A DNA stretch of 64,000 bases from Paraspadella gotoi. Taxonomy: Eukaryota > Animalia > Chaetognatha. Positions 25,601 through 40,561 of this stretch are shown here, one piece after another. Each line of letters starts with the position of its first letter. The first letter of the stretch is position 1. The stretch is taken from NCBI GenBank assembly GCA_051294375.1, contig CM119266.1, positions 18,648,087 to 18,712,086 on the forward strand, in the 5' to 3' direction. The notes beneath the pieces are model-generated. The model saw nothing but the letters and a program-made list of their open reading frames with translations. It was not told the DNA's origin and made no database searches. Position numbers and translations under genes: made by a program.

Positions 25601-28600
25601 CCCATCCACTCATGAGTAATTGGTATTCAAATAGTGAGATTTTTTTTTCCATTTAAACTAATTTTCACTCGGACGATTCCATCAAAACTTGATATCCAGC
25701 TTAATCACACACTTCCCTACCCACACACAAAATTTCATTCAAATCCATCCATCCAATCACGAGTAATTGGTGTTTTTTGCTAAGGTGGGACGAACATACA
25801 GACAGACGGACGGACGGACATCATTTTTTTTTTGGCATAATTTATCATAATTCGATGTTCTGACATGATATAAGTGAATGCCCGACAAGATTGAGGGGGC
25901 GGACCGACGGACCGACAAAGTGAATTATAGAGTCGGGATCTGCTGATAAGCAGATCCGACTAAAAAGAGTGCATAACGCTCAACAGCAACCTGTGAAGTG
26001 GAGACCATCCCTGGTTGTCCAATGCCTCTGGATTGGCCCCATCACCAAGCATGTACTCCATTAATTCCGTATTTCCACTATCTACTGCCCAATGAATAGC
26101 GTAAAGGTGGGAGGAGTCGTAGCTGTTAGCCCAAGAAAGGTTAATATCAAATAATAGGTTCTTGAGTAAAAAAAAGAAAACCGAGTTTCTAACAATTCAT
26201 AAGAAGCCTCGAAAAGACGCAAACACTTTAAGGCCTTTAATTGTCCAGAATAACAGGCAACCATCATTGCAGTTCTTCGTTGTTCCCGAGACTGAAAGTT
26301 TGGGTCAGCACCTCGTCTCATTAACGCCTGCATAATTCTAGGGAAACAAGTTTATTATTATTCATTAGAAGACGGTGATAATGTCTTTTTAGCCGCATCT
26401 GCTAACGGCAGATTCCTTCTCTATAACTCTCTTTATTACTTATGAAATAAATACAATCAATATATATAACATTTTGAATTAGAAAAAAAAAATTTATGCA
26501 TTATCTTTTTGAGTGCATATGGCATATTGTTTCAACAATTTGTTGTTAAGGAATAATATAATGAATAAATAAATAAAATAATAAAAATTAGATCCAGGAA
26601 TACTATATTCTACTCCGCAAAATTGAACTGAAATTGGTAAAATGAATAAATTAATTATCCAATATCCATTCATTGAATAAATAAGCTATCTTGCCTATGT
26701 TAATAGACTTCATATGGTGGGTTAAAGCCTCAATCCCTCTCAAAAGATGTAATAAAAAGCAGGAATCTACAGGCTTTCTTTTAAGACTCTCTCACAGTCT
26801 AGTTTATTAACTCCCAGAGTACCTGTCTTCCCTATCATTGAAGTGGTATAATTATCTCGCTCATTTTTAGTCTTTACTTGATCTTGTCCTTGAGCGCAGC
26901 ACGCATTAGCGGGGACATTCCTACTGGATCCTCGGCATTAGGATTTACTTCTCCCGTATCCATGATTTCAATCAACCCCTATAATTATGAGAAACATAAC
27001 AAATCATAACTAGATCATAACATTATAAATCATAACAGGTTTCTCAATTAATCAATTAAAAAATTATTAATCAATCATTTAACCAAATTAACAATCAATC
27101 AATCAATCAAGTAGAGAGAGTAACTTTTAAAAATAAATATAAATGTGTCTGTTGGTTTTCTAATTTAAACTTCTACGATTCCCATCAAAAATTTATATCC
27201 ATCTTTCATTTCAATTTATCAATCCGATTTTTAATAAATATAATAATTATGAGTAAATATAAGTAAAAATTTTAAGTAAATGTGACTTGAACCAGCCTCT
27301 TCAATGATCCCAAACACGCAAACCGGGCCTTTGATGTTATTTTAGCTACGCAATGGCCACCAGAATTAAGAGAAGGTTCAGAGGAGATGTTAATGGAAGT
27401 CATTTCGATGTATAAAGAAATGAATAGGCGTCTCGATTATCAAAAAGGTTAATTTACGTAATACACAACATTACCACACACGTTAAGGTCATCCAAGGCA
27501 ATCTTTTGGAGTACGTCCAGTACAGAATATGGTGACCTCTTTGTCTCGACCAACAAAGTTTCTGACCACAAACTATGAATATTCTGTTCATGGTCGAAAG
27601 CGCGAAGCCGGAACATATAAGCAGTTAGAGGTTTTAAGTTTTCCACCACAAACGACATCCCATAACTGCATAAATGAGGATAAATATTTTCTGAATTTCT
27701 CGAATTTTAGCAAGAAAATAGCTAGTCTATACTGACGTTCGTTAACACTGAACAGCATTTCCTTTTCTGTCATTTAATTAATGGAAAAATGCTTGTCCGT
27801 CTCTTTTTAAACTTGTATAACTAATATAAAATTTATCCTTTTGTAATGACGTAATATCACTATCCAATGGATATAATGGGTCCTATCATCAGCGCTGTAA
27901 TAGCATGGTTAAGGATTTATCACTTAAATTCTGAACCCAATGGTCCCGGGTTTTAACCCTGATCGGAATGGTCCTCGCTTTAGAGAGACGGGCCGGTTGA
28001 ACCGACGTTTTTAAAAGCGAGGCAACTGACGGGAAAAGCTCCCAAACCCTCAATAAAATATTGATCAGATTTTTACATTCTGAAATAAAATACAAAACAG
28101 TCTTTTTAGCTCTGTCTTTGTTAGCCTCCTACACAAAGGAGTTATAAAAATAATTTGATTCTAACTCACGACGTAATAAATTAAAATATATGAAATAATA
28201 ATTTCAACATAATCACATATGCACATTATTCAATCTTCTGAATTCTGATGTTATTTTTTGACCCAAAAGTTCCAGATTTCACCGCCTAATTTTCCTTCTT
28301 TAATCTTTATCTCTCAAACTTGGCAAAAAAAAACTTGTAAAACCCACTACTAATTGCTTAATACTAATTTATTATATCCTGCGCAAATCAAATTTTATTT
28401 CATTTTTCAAAACCACCTAAAAAAGCTAGTGAAGAGTTAGTAATAATTGTTAAGAATTAATGAGAGAACCGTTCAATATAAGCAGTACCTGAGCTTCGGA
28501 TCAGGCTGTAACACCTTGTTACAGGCGGGAAAAGCGCCCCGTCCCTCTTAACTGTTAGGCGACCACCGGGCTAGAACAACGGACCTTTGGGTTGGGAGGC

Positions 28601-29539
28601 AAATGACTTGCCTCCATCACCAATGGCCACTGATGAATGGTTGGTGGATTTTAGTCCACCATACATCCCCCCTCCCATAGGGAGAAGTCTGTTGCTTCTC
28701 TTCAGTGAATTGTTGGTGGAAAGTACGTCGCCAGGTTGAGGCATGTCGCTTGAAAGTGCTGTTGTTGCTGTTGTGTTCAGAAGTTGAGCTCACCAATGAA
28801 GCGACAGTTATGTTATGAATAATGACAGAACCGTTCAATAAAAGCAGGATGTAACACCGTGTTACAGGCGGGTTAATCGCCTCATCCCTCTTAACTGTTA
28901 GGCGACCACAGGGCTAGAACCCCTTTGGGTTGGGAGGCGAATGACTTGCCTCCTGCAGCATTGGCCAATTATGAACGGTTGTTGGATTTTAGTCCACCAT
29001 ACGAGTAATCTGTTTCATCACAAAATTATTTCTTGACTCGCCTCTTCCTATCTTTAAAAAAATTCCATGGATTACTTCAGATTTTAATAAACTTTATAAT
29101 ATATCTATAATTTTTTTTAAAAGTAGGCTCTTGAAGTGACTGAAAGGAAAAGAAATTGCCGTGCCTCTCTGTAAGTACGAATTAAATATGAGATTGCTAA
29201 CTAGTATTCTCTTACCCTGTCCGTGCAATCGCCCAGTCTCTAATTGAATCTTTAGCTTTGTACTGAAGTGTATAGAGGCACCGACTATCTCCCACTGTCA
29301 AGAGAAAATGCTTGGTATTAATTCCGCCATTCGGATCAAGAAAGAGTTAGAACCGAGAATGATTTGATTTTCTCGCAACAATGTAAAAATTAATAACAAA
29401 ATGGTCAGATGCTAAGTCTCGTAAAAAGGTCAAAAANNNNNNNNNNNNNNNNNNNNNNNNNCAGATAACATGCGACGAGTCACGGGTCAACAAGTCAATA
29501 ACAATAAAATAATAGTTAAACTGGAGAGAGAGAGGAGAG

Positions 29540-29602
<63 letters not shown>

Positions 29603-32600
29603 AGAGAGTTTTTGTTTGGCGAATTGATCGTTGTCCACATATCCCCCTACCAAAGAGTTTTTTTTTTTTTTTGTTTTTTTCTGAAATAAAAGAGACAATT
29701 TGACAGTTAAGACGATAAAAAGATAAAACGATTTGAAACAATATGACATTCAAACAATAAATGAGTATTGAGCAAGACTAATTGCACTCATGGCACTAAA
29801 AATAAAAAATAAAATTCAACAATTAAGGAAAATTGGAAATTGGAAAAGTATTAAGTATACCAATGAAAATGTGAGTAAATATTATCATTATGGTTCCTAA
29901 CATTTAAGAATAAGAGGGTTGTTGAATGTGATAGGTTTCGTCGTCGTTGTGTCCTCGTCCTCATCTGGAGATGAAGCATGGATAGTAATACGTTGAGTCA
30001 AATTGGTATTGATGATGGAGGACGGAGGAGTCGGAGGAGGAGTCGGAGGAGGAATCACGAGAGTGACCTTTTTACGAGAGTTAGCGTCTGACCATTTTGT
30101 TATTAATTATTAGGGAACGTCGGAGCTTACCATTTGTGGCAACGATCAAGAAAGAGAACCGGGAATGATTTTTGTTCGGCGAATTGATCGTTGTATAGCA
30201 GATTCCGACTCTATAATCCACTTTGTCGGCCCACCACCCCCAATATTGTCGGGCATTCATTTATATCATGTCAGAACATCGAATTATGATAAATTATGCA
30301 AAAAAAAAAAATGATGTCCGTCTGTCTGTCTGTCCGTCCCCCTCTTAGTAAAAAAACTCTAATTACTAATGATTGGCTGGATGGATTGAGATGAAATTTT
30401 GTGTGCGGGAAGGAAACTGTATGGAATCGTACAGTGTAAATCTGTATAAATGGAAAATGATGATCCTAAATGAAAAATAACAATAAAAATAAATACTTAT
30501 TAAAAATAAAAAAAAAAAAAGATTCGTTTTAATTATTCATCTGATTAGCTGTTAACCGCTAAATTATCGTGGGCAGATCCGACATTGTTTGCTCAAACTT
30601 GTTTTTGTCGCGCAGAACTGTTTTTTCAGTAACTTTTTAAATTATTGACAAACTGAAGCATTTAAATATTTGAAAATACAAAAGAAATTGATATTTTTTA
30701 TTTTCCCAAAACGGTAATTACCATCAAATTATTCGGACATTATTACAATAAAAAATGCTATAATGGAAAGTCACTAAAAGAAAACAGTGGTAAGGCGGCA
30801 GTATAGCATACACTAGGCAACAGATGATTGTTCTGCAACAGATGATTCTTCTGCGACAAAAAACTTTCAAGACCTTTGTTATCTTACGTTTTTCTGCGAG
30901 GAGCGATGCTTTTTTCTTTGCTTTGGCTAAATCTTCTTGCATTTCGTCTTGATTCTTAACTGATAAAGTTAAAGTTACAAGATTACTTGTTTTACCATAT
31001 CTTTAAGGAAAATTGTTTTTATATAGTTATAATTTTAATAAATTAATAAATTTTAACTTATTACAATATATCTTAAGATTTTGACAGTTATATTTCAATA
31101 TCATTTACTTTTAGAATATTTATGAATATTGTAAGGAGTGAAGGATATCGAGGAATTATGCATATTTAAGCGTATGTTAAAAGTAAAAATCCTAAATTTA
31201 ATTTTATTTAAAATTCTAATAGTGAGGAAGACATTGTTTAAACTTTCTTTTCGTTGTGTGATATAATTAGATACATTGTGCAACGTACAACAAAGATAAA
31301 TATTTTTAAAAACTTAATAATTATTATATATATATAAATATTATTAAGTGTTAACAATTAGCTAATAATAAATAATATAAAAAGAAGGAAAAAAATGAAA
31401 TTTTGAAAAAGATACTGTTGGTGAGGGAAATAAGTAAGTGATTTTTGAGCTCTATCTAAATTCTTAAACTTTCACTTTATCACTCACTCAATGTGTCCTT
31501 ACCTTCAGCCTGTCCTCACCTCTGACCACTATTCTTTACTCAACTCTATGTCGGAAATCTTTTTGCCCTCCCTCCCTCTCTCTTTCTCTCTCTCTCCCTC
31601 TCTCTCTCTATCTTCCTGCATATGATTTGCTTATAATTTTCAAAAACCAAATTTAACGATAATGTAAGCCGAAACATGTCCGTTTTTCTTTTTTAAAAAT
31701 AAAAAATCGTTGTTGAAACTCATTATTCAAACCTTTTCTCTAATAGTGAGGAAAGAACAAAATAGCACTTCATGAATATTGAATATTAAAAAATTTTATT
31801 AAGAATTTTAAAATTAACGCTGTAGGCTATAAATCAAAATTTTAAAATGGTTTTTGTAATATTTTTTGCACATTTGGATTGTATAGTATTTCCCGATTTA
31901 ATGCCTAAAGGAGTGGTCTTTTTTTATAATTAAAACATTCTTTGAAACATTATACCAATTCATTGATAGGTAAGCCAGGTACTCTGAGAGTGAGTAAACC
32001 AGACTGTGAGAGAAGCTTGCAGGGACCTGCTATTTCATTATCTTGTAAGAGTAATGGAGGCCTTAAACACCAAAGCCTGTCCAAAGTCAGGGACTTGATA
32101 GCTTATTTATTAAATGAATGGATAATTTTTATATTGATTGTACCAATTTCATAAAATTATTATTCTTTATGAATTAAGGTACAATGATGGACGTTGTTCA
32201 TAATTGACTTTTATAATTTTTATACATTACATATGTATACAACACATCGTTAATAAACTTTCTGTTTGATGCTTCAAATTAGATATACATGATTCTTGTA
32301 GGAAGTCATTTATGAAAATTAAAATATCTAAAAAGTTTAACATAAAGGGTGTGGAATTGACAATTTTGTTTTGGGATTAATAAAGGATATTGAAGAGACC
32401 GTAATTATTTATGCGTTTGTGACAAAACCGTTCAATATAAGCAGTCCCTGATCTTTGGATCAGGCTGTAACACCGTGTTACAGGCTGGTAAAGCGCCCCG
32501 TCCCTCTTGACTGCGAGGCGACTACCGGCGCTAAAACCCTGGACCTTTGGGTTGGGAGGCAAATGACTTGCCTCCTGCACCAATGGCCGTTGCTGAACGT

Positions 32601-33566
32601 TTGCTGGATTTTAGGCCACCATAATATGATTGTTTGCTGTGCCAAAGAATAAGACGACAAGGTAGAATCATAATCTTCTCTCAGAAAGAGAACCGGGAAT
32701 GATTTTTGTTCGGCGAATTGATCGTTGTATAGCAGATTCCGACTCTATAATCCACTTTGTCGGCCCACCACCCCNNNNNNNNNNNNNNNNNNNNNNNNNA
32801 TCCATCCAGCCAATCATAGTAATTAGAGTTTTTTACTAAGAGGGGGACGGACAGACAGACAGACGGACATCATTTTTTTTTTTTTGCATAATTTATCATA
32901 ATTCGATGTTCTGACATGATATAAATGAATGCCCGACAATATTGGGGGTGGTGGGCCGACAAAGTGGATTATAGAGTCGGAATTGCTATACAACGATCAA
33001 TTCGCCGAACAAAAATCATTCCCGGTTCTCTTTCTTGATCGTTGCCACAAATGGTAAGCTCCGACGTTCCCTAATAATTAATAACAAAATGGTCAGACGC
33101 TAACTCTCGTAAAAACGGTCACTCGTGATTCCTCCTCCGACTCCTCCTCCGACTCTCCGTCCTCCATCATCAATACCAAATTGACTCAACGTATTACTAT
33201 CCATGCTTCATCTCCAGATGAGGACGAGGACACAACGACGACGAAACCTATCAACATTCAACAACCCTCTTATTCTTAAATGTTAGGAACCATAATGATA
33301 ATATTTACTCACATTTTCATTGGTATACTTAATACTTTTCCAATTTCCAATTTTCCTTAATTGTTGAATTTTATTTTTTATTTTTAGTGCCATGAGTGCA
33401 ATTAGTCTTGCTCAATACTCATTTATTGTTTGAATGTCATATTGTTTCAAATCGTTTTATCTTTTTATCGTCTTAACTGTCAAATTGTCTCTTTTATTTC
33501 AAAAAAACAAAAAAAAAAAAAAACTCTTGGTAGGGGGATATGTGGACAACGATCAATTCGCCAAAC

Positions 33567-33632
<66 letters not shown>

Positions 33633-36600
33633 CTCTCCTCAGTTTAACTATTATTTTATTGTTATTGACTTGTTACCCGTGACCTCGTCGCATGTTATTT
33701 GACCTTTTTACGAGACTTAGCATCTGACCATTTTGTTATTAATTTTTACATTGTTGCGAGAAAATCAAATCATTCTCGGTTCTAACTCTTTCTTGATCCG
33801 AATGGCGGAATTAATACCAAGCATTTTCTCTTGACAGTGGGAGATAGTCGGTGCCTCTATACACTTCAGTACAAAGCAAAGATTCAATTAGAGACTGGGC
33901 GATTGCACGGACAGGGTAAGAGAATACTAGTTAGCAATCTCATATTTAATTCGTACTTACAGAGAGGCACGGCAATTTCTTTTCCTTTCAGTCACTTCAA
34001 GAGCCTACTTTTAAAAAAAAATTATAGATATAAAGTTTATTAAAATCTGAAGTAATCCATGGAATTTTTTAAAAAGAAGGAAGAGGCGAGTCAAGAAATA
34101 ATTTTGTGATGAAACAAATTACTCGTATGGTGGACTAAAATCCAACAACCGTTCATAATTGGCCAATGCTGCAGGAGGCAAGTCATTCGCCTCCCAACCC
34201 AAAGGGGTTCTAGCCCTGTGGTCGCCTAGCAGTTAAGAGGGATGAGGCGATTAACCCGCCTGTAACACGGTGTTACATCCTGCTTTTATTGAACGGTTCT
34301 GTCATTATTCATAACATAACTGTCGCTTCATTGGTGAGCTCAACTTCTGAACACAACCAAACAACGCACTTTCAAGCGAGCACATGCCTCAACCTGGCGA
34401 CGTACTTTCCACCACAATTCACTGAAGAGAAGCAACAGACTTCTCCCTAGGAGGGGGGATGTATGGTGGACTAAAATCCACCAACCATTCATCAGTGGCC
34501 ATTGGTGATGGAGGCAAGTCATTTGCCTCCCAACCCAAAGGTCCGTTGTTCTAGCCGGTGGTCGCCTAACAGTTAAGAGGGACGGGGCGCTTTTCCCGCC
34601 TGTAACAAGGTGTTACAGCCTGATCCGAAGTCAGGTACTGCTTATATTGAACGGTTCTCTCATTAATTCTTAACAATTATTACTAACTCTTCACTAGCTT
34701 TTTTAGGTGGTTTTGAAAAATGAAATAAAATTTGATTTGCGCAGGATATAATAAATTAGTATTAAGCAATTAGTAGTGGGTTTTACAAGTTTTTTTTTGC
34801 CAAGTTTGAGAGATAAAGATTAAAGAAGGAAAATTAGGCGGTGAAATCTGGAACTTTTGGGTCAAAAAATAACATCAGAATTCAGAAGATTGAATAATGT
34901 GCATATGTGATTATGTTGAAATTATTATTTCATATATTTTAATTTATTACGTCGTGAGTTAGAATCAAATTATTTTTATAACTCCTTTGTGTAGGAGGCT
35001 AACAAAGACAAGCTAAAAAGACTGTTTTGTATTTTATTTCAGAATGTAAAAATCTGATCAATATTTTATTGAGGGTTTGGGAGCTTTTCCCGTCAGTTGC
35101 CTCGCTTTTAAAACGTCGGTTCAACCGGCCCGTCTCTCTAAAGCGAGGACCATTCCGATCAGGGTTAAAACCCGGGACCATTGGGTTCAGAATTTAAGTG
35201 ATAAATCCTTAACCATGCTATTACAGCGCTGATGATAGGACCATTATATCCATTGGATAGTGTATTACGTCATTACAAAAGGATAAATTTATATTAGTTA
35301 TACAAGTTTAAAAAAGAGACGGACAAGCATTTTTCCATTAATTAAATGACAGAAAAGGAAATGCTGTTCAGTGTTAACGAACGTCAGTATAGACTAGCTA
35401 TTTTCTTGCTAAAATTCGAGAAATTCAGAAAATATTTATCCTCATTTATGCAGTTATGGGATGTCGTTTGTGGTGGAAAACTTAAAACCTCTAACTGCTT
35501 ATATGTTCCGGCTTCGCGCTTTCGACCATGAACAGAATATTCATAGTTTGTGGTCAGAAACTTTGTTGGTCGAGACAAAGAGGTCACCATATTCTGTACT
35601 GGACGTACTCCAAAAGATTGCCTTGGATGACCTTAACGTGTGTGGTAATGTTGTGTATTACGTAAATTAACCTTTTTGATAATCGAGACGCCTATTCATT
35701 TCTTTATACATCGAAATGACTTCCATTAACATCTCCTCTGAACCTTCTCTTATTCTGGTGGCCATTGCGTAGCTAAAATAACATCAAAGGCCCGGTTTGC
35801 GTGTTTGGGATCATTGAAGAGGCTGGTTCAAGTCACATTTACTTAAAATTTTTACTTATATTTACTCATAATTATTATATTTATTAAAAATCGGATTGAT
35901 AAATTGAAATGAAAGATGGATATAAATTTTTGATGGGAATCGTAGAAGTTTAAATTAGAAAACCAACAGACACATTTATATTTATTTTTAAAGTTACTCT
36001 CTCTACTTGATTGATTGATTGATTGTTAATTTGGTTAAATGATTGATTAATAATTTTTTAATTGATTAATTGAGAAACCTGTTATGATTTATAATGTTAT
36101 GATCTAGTTATGATTTGTTATGTTTCTCATAATTATAGGGGTTGATTGAAATCATGGATACGGGAGAAGTAAATCCTAATGCGCGAGGATCCAGTAGGAA
36201 TGTCCCCGCTAATGCGTGCTGCGCTCAAGACAAGATCAAGTAAAGACTAAAAATGAGCGAGATAATTATACCACTTCAATGATAGGGAAGACAGGTACTC
36301 TGGAGTTAATAAACTAGACTGTGAGAGAGTCTTAAAAGAAAGCCTGTAGATTCCTGCTTTTTATTACATCTTTTGAGAGGGATTGAGGCTTTAACCCACC
36401 ATATGAAGTCTATTAACATAGGCAAGATAGCTTATTTATTCAATGAATGGATATTGGATAATTAATTTATTCATTTTACCAATTTCAGTTCAATTTTGCG
36501 GAGTAGAATATAGTATTCCTGGATCTAATTTTTTATTTTATTTATTTATTCATTATATTATTCCTTACAACAAATTGTTGAAACAATATGCCATATGCAC

Positions 36601-39600
36601 TCAAAAAGATAATGCATAAATTTTTTTTTTCTAATTCAAAATGTTATATATATTGATTGTATTTATTTCATAAGTAATAAAGAGAGTTATAGAGAAGGAA
36701 TCTGCTGTTAGCAAATGCGGCTAAAAAGACATTATCCCGTCTTCTAATGAATAATAATAAACTTGTTTCCTAGAATTATGCAGGCGTTAATGAGACGAGG
36801 TGCTGACCCAAACTTTCAGTCTCGGGAACAAGAAAGAACTGCAATGATGGTTGCCTGTTATTCTGGACAATTAAAGGCCTTAAAGTGTTTGCGTCTTTTC
36901 GAGGCTTCTTATGAATTGTTAGAAACTCGGTTTCTTTTTTTTACTCAAGAACCTATTATTTGATATTAACCTTTCTTGGGCTAAAGCTACGACTCCTCCC
37001 ACCTTTACGCTATTCATTGGGCAGTAGATAGTGGAAATACGGAATTAATGGAGTACATGCTTGGTGATGGGGCCAATCCAGAGGCATTGGACAACCAGGG
37101 ATGGTCTCCATTCACAGGTTGCTGTTGAGCGTTATGCACTCTTTTTAGTCGGATCTGCTTATCAGCAGATCCCGACTCTATAATTCACTTTGTCGGTCCG
37201 TCGGTCCGCCCCCTCAATCTTGTCGGCATTCACTTATATCATGTCAGAACATCGAATTATGATAAATTATGCCAAAAAAAAAATGATGTCCGTCCGTCCG
37301 TCTGTCTGTATGTTCGTCCCACCTTAGCAAAAACACCAATTACTCGTGATTGGATGGATGGATTTGAATGAAATTTTGTGTGTGGGTAGGGAAGTGTGTG
37401 ATTAAGCTGGATATCAAGTTTTGATGGAATCGTCCGAGTGAAAATTAGTTTAAATGGAAAAAAAAATCACTATTTGAACACCAATTACTCATGAGTGGAT
37501 GGGGCTATTGACTTGAAATTTTGTATGTGGGTAGAAAACTGTGTGATTAAGCTGTAATCAAGTTTCAATGGAATCATTTGAGTGGAAATGAGTTTAAATG
37601 GAACAAAACAAAAAACATGTTTCACTAATTGATTATGCTTTTTTCTTTTTATATTAAATGTAAATGCATTAATCAGTTAATTAATAAATAAGTCTATTAA
37701 TTAATAAATAATTAATTAATCAGTCAATTAATTAATAAAAGAAACATTTTGGATCAAAATAAATAATTAATTGCTTAATTAATTAAATAATTAACTTGAA
37801 TTAATTAATTATAAATTAATTATTAATTAATAAATTACCGATAATGATCGTGGGCAGATCCGACATTGTTTGCTCAAACCTGTTTTTTCAGTATTTAAAA
37901 GAACTTTGTCGGAATAATCGGAGCATTTATACTTTAGAAGAAATGTAGTAGTAGTTACTAGTTAAGGCACTGATAAGTATTTATCATCATATACAAAAAA
38001 TATATTAGAATGCGAATAAAAACAAAAATTGCAATATATTTATATAAAAATTTTTTTGAAATTTTAAAGATTTTTATTTACAATGGAAATGTTTATTTTA
38101 AAGATTACAAACAAGTAATTTTATTTTGAAAAATAGTCATGTTTTTTCTTTGATGAAAGAGAGACAGACATAGAGAGAGGGAAAGAGAGAGATAGAGAGA
38201 GAAAGAAAGGTTCTTGCTGGCGGCATTTATAAACTAACAAGTCTGAACATTGAACAGTGAACAGTGAACAAACCATGTCGGATCGACTAAGGGTAATTTA
38301 GGCGGTAATTATCAGATGCAGAGGCAGATGCAGAGGCCTGCTTTGTCATTATCTTGTAAGAGTGATGAAGGCCTTAAACCACCAAAGCCTGTCCAAAGTC
38401 AGGGTCAAAATAGCTTATTTATTAAATGAAAGGATAATTTTTATATCGGTTGTACCAATTTAATAATAATAATAATAATAATAATCATGTTTAAAAATGT
38501 TTAAAAAAATTTTAATTCATTTTAAGATTTCAATAAAGGAAATAAGTTTTGTGGTGGTTACGGTTGGTATGTAAGTTTGTAGTAGACATTGTGTATTAAA
38601 AAATTATCTGCCTTATATCGGTTTCTAAAAACTCCTGATTTTTCTTGAAACCGCAGAGATATTCATAATTAAAATGGAATCAATGGCTTTAATTTTTTGT
38701 GAAAAGGATTTAAAAAGCTGGATATTTTAATTGGACAGGTGTGCGCTCGTAGGCGTTCGGACAGAAGGAATAGCCGAAGTTCTCATTCGTTATGGAGCAA
38801 AGATAGACCGTGTGGACAAAGACCTGAAAGACACCTTTAATGCTAGCCACAATTTCTAACAAGGGCCTTATCGCTCAGGTATTTTAAAGTGCGACATTGC
38901 TGATTTTTGACTTATCTTTGTAACAAGTTTGACCTACGATCATTACGGTAATTATTTAATTAAACAATTAATAAATGATAATAATTATCTTCATATCCTT
39001 CAAACTTGTTGGTTTTTAGTCTTTTTGTCAGTTAAATGACCACGATAAAAGCAACGACGACCTGATGGCGATGACGACTATAACACTGACTATGATTGAT
39101 TATATTAATTAATGTAGTTTGCATTTACATTCAATTTAAAAAAGAAAAATAGCATATTTAAATAGTAAAACAGGTTTTTTTTGTTTTTTTCTATTTAAAC
39201 TTATTTCTACTACGGACGATTCCATCAAAAATTCTCAATCACACACTTTCCTACAAAATTTGAAGTCAATCACCTGATAAACTCATGAGTAATTGGCGCT
39301 CAAAGCGAGACAGACGGACTCCCTAAAGTACCTGGCTTCCCTAACAATGAAGTGGTATAATATTTAAAAGAATGTTTCAAATGCATGAAAAGACCATTCC
39401 CTTTAAGTATTAGATCGGGGAATACTATATTGAACTCCGTCCAGCATAAAAATACAAGGAGCTGAATTTTAATGGAATTGGTACAACCAATATATGAATT
39501 ATCTATTTATTTAATTAGTAAGCTATCTTGCCCCTGACATTGGACAGGCTTTGCTGGTTTAAGGCCTCCATCACTCTTAAAAGATAATGAACATAGCAGG

Positions 39601-40485
39601 TCCCTGCAAGCTTTCAATCAAGACTCTCACAGTCTCGTTTATTAACTCTCTAAGTCCAAAACAATGAAAGGAAAGGCTCATCGGGCGTGAAAGGAGGAGG
39701 AGGAGGATCGAAGGACGAGGTCTCCTCTGAAAAAAGGAGCCAGGCAGATATTTTTAAACTAATTTCTTTCTTATTTATTTATTTACTATGAACAAAACTG
39801 GTTTGAAAAAAATAAAGTAAGATTTAAAAATTTTATTATGAGTACAAAATTATTTCTAAAAGATTTATTTATATACTAATCTAACAAATTAAACACGGTA
39901 TTAAAATCAGACATCACGTTCATTTGATTTTAAAATAAATTATTTTTCATGCTTAGAGGCTCTTAACTTATCTTTTTTTTAAGACGCTCATTAATAGAGG
40001 AGCGGATGTGATGGTACCCAACAAAGAGGGACGTTCAGTCTACGACTTGGCGCGCGCCCTGGAACGACGTGGAATCGTCATGCTGTTGGAAGAATACCGC
40101 AAAGCCAACGAAAAAGAGTTGTCCGAACTTCAAGTATATACTACATGTATATGTTTATGTATATATATATATGTAAATATATATGTACATATTAATGCAA
40201 GTTGAAAAAATTGTACAAGCTAAAAAATTATGTAAGTTGAAAAAATTATACAAGTGAAACAGTTTAAAATAATACATTAAACAAAGTAAACTAAAAAGAA
40301 TAAACAAAACATTTAAATATTTTTTTCAATAAAATATTTTGAAATTCTAAGTTGAGTTTGAAATTAAAGACGAAGTCTTTTAAAAACAACGATTAAAAAA
40401 GATTTTAAACAGACATGTTTCGGCTTTAATGCAAGCCTTCATCAGCGCTTTCACAATTTCAGTTTTTGGATTTTCAATAACATTT

Positions 40486-40561
<76 letters not shown>

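Noticed and set aside
29900-30090. Pro-rich open frame (IPPPTPPPTPPSS) phase-compatible with FANK1
   Set aside because: Weak acceptor, and its start is repeated in inverted form near 29395, so it may be repeat-derived. Left out of the model.
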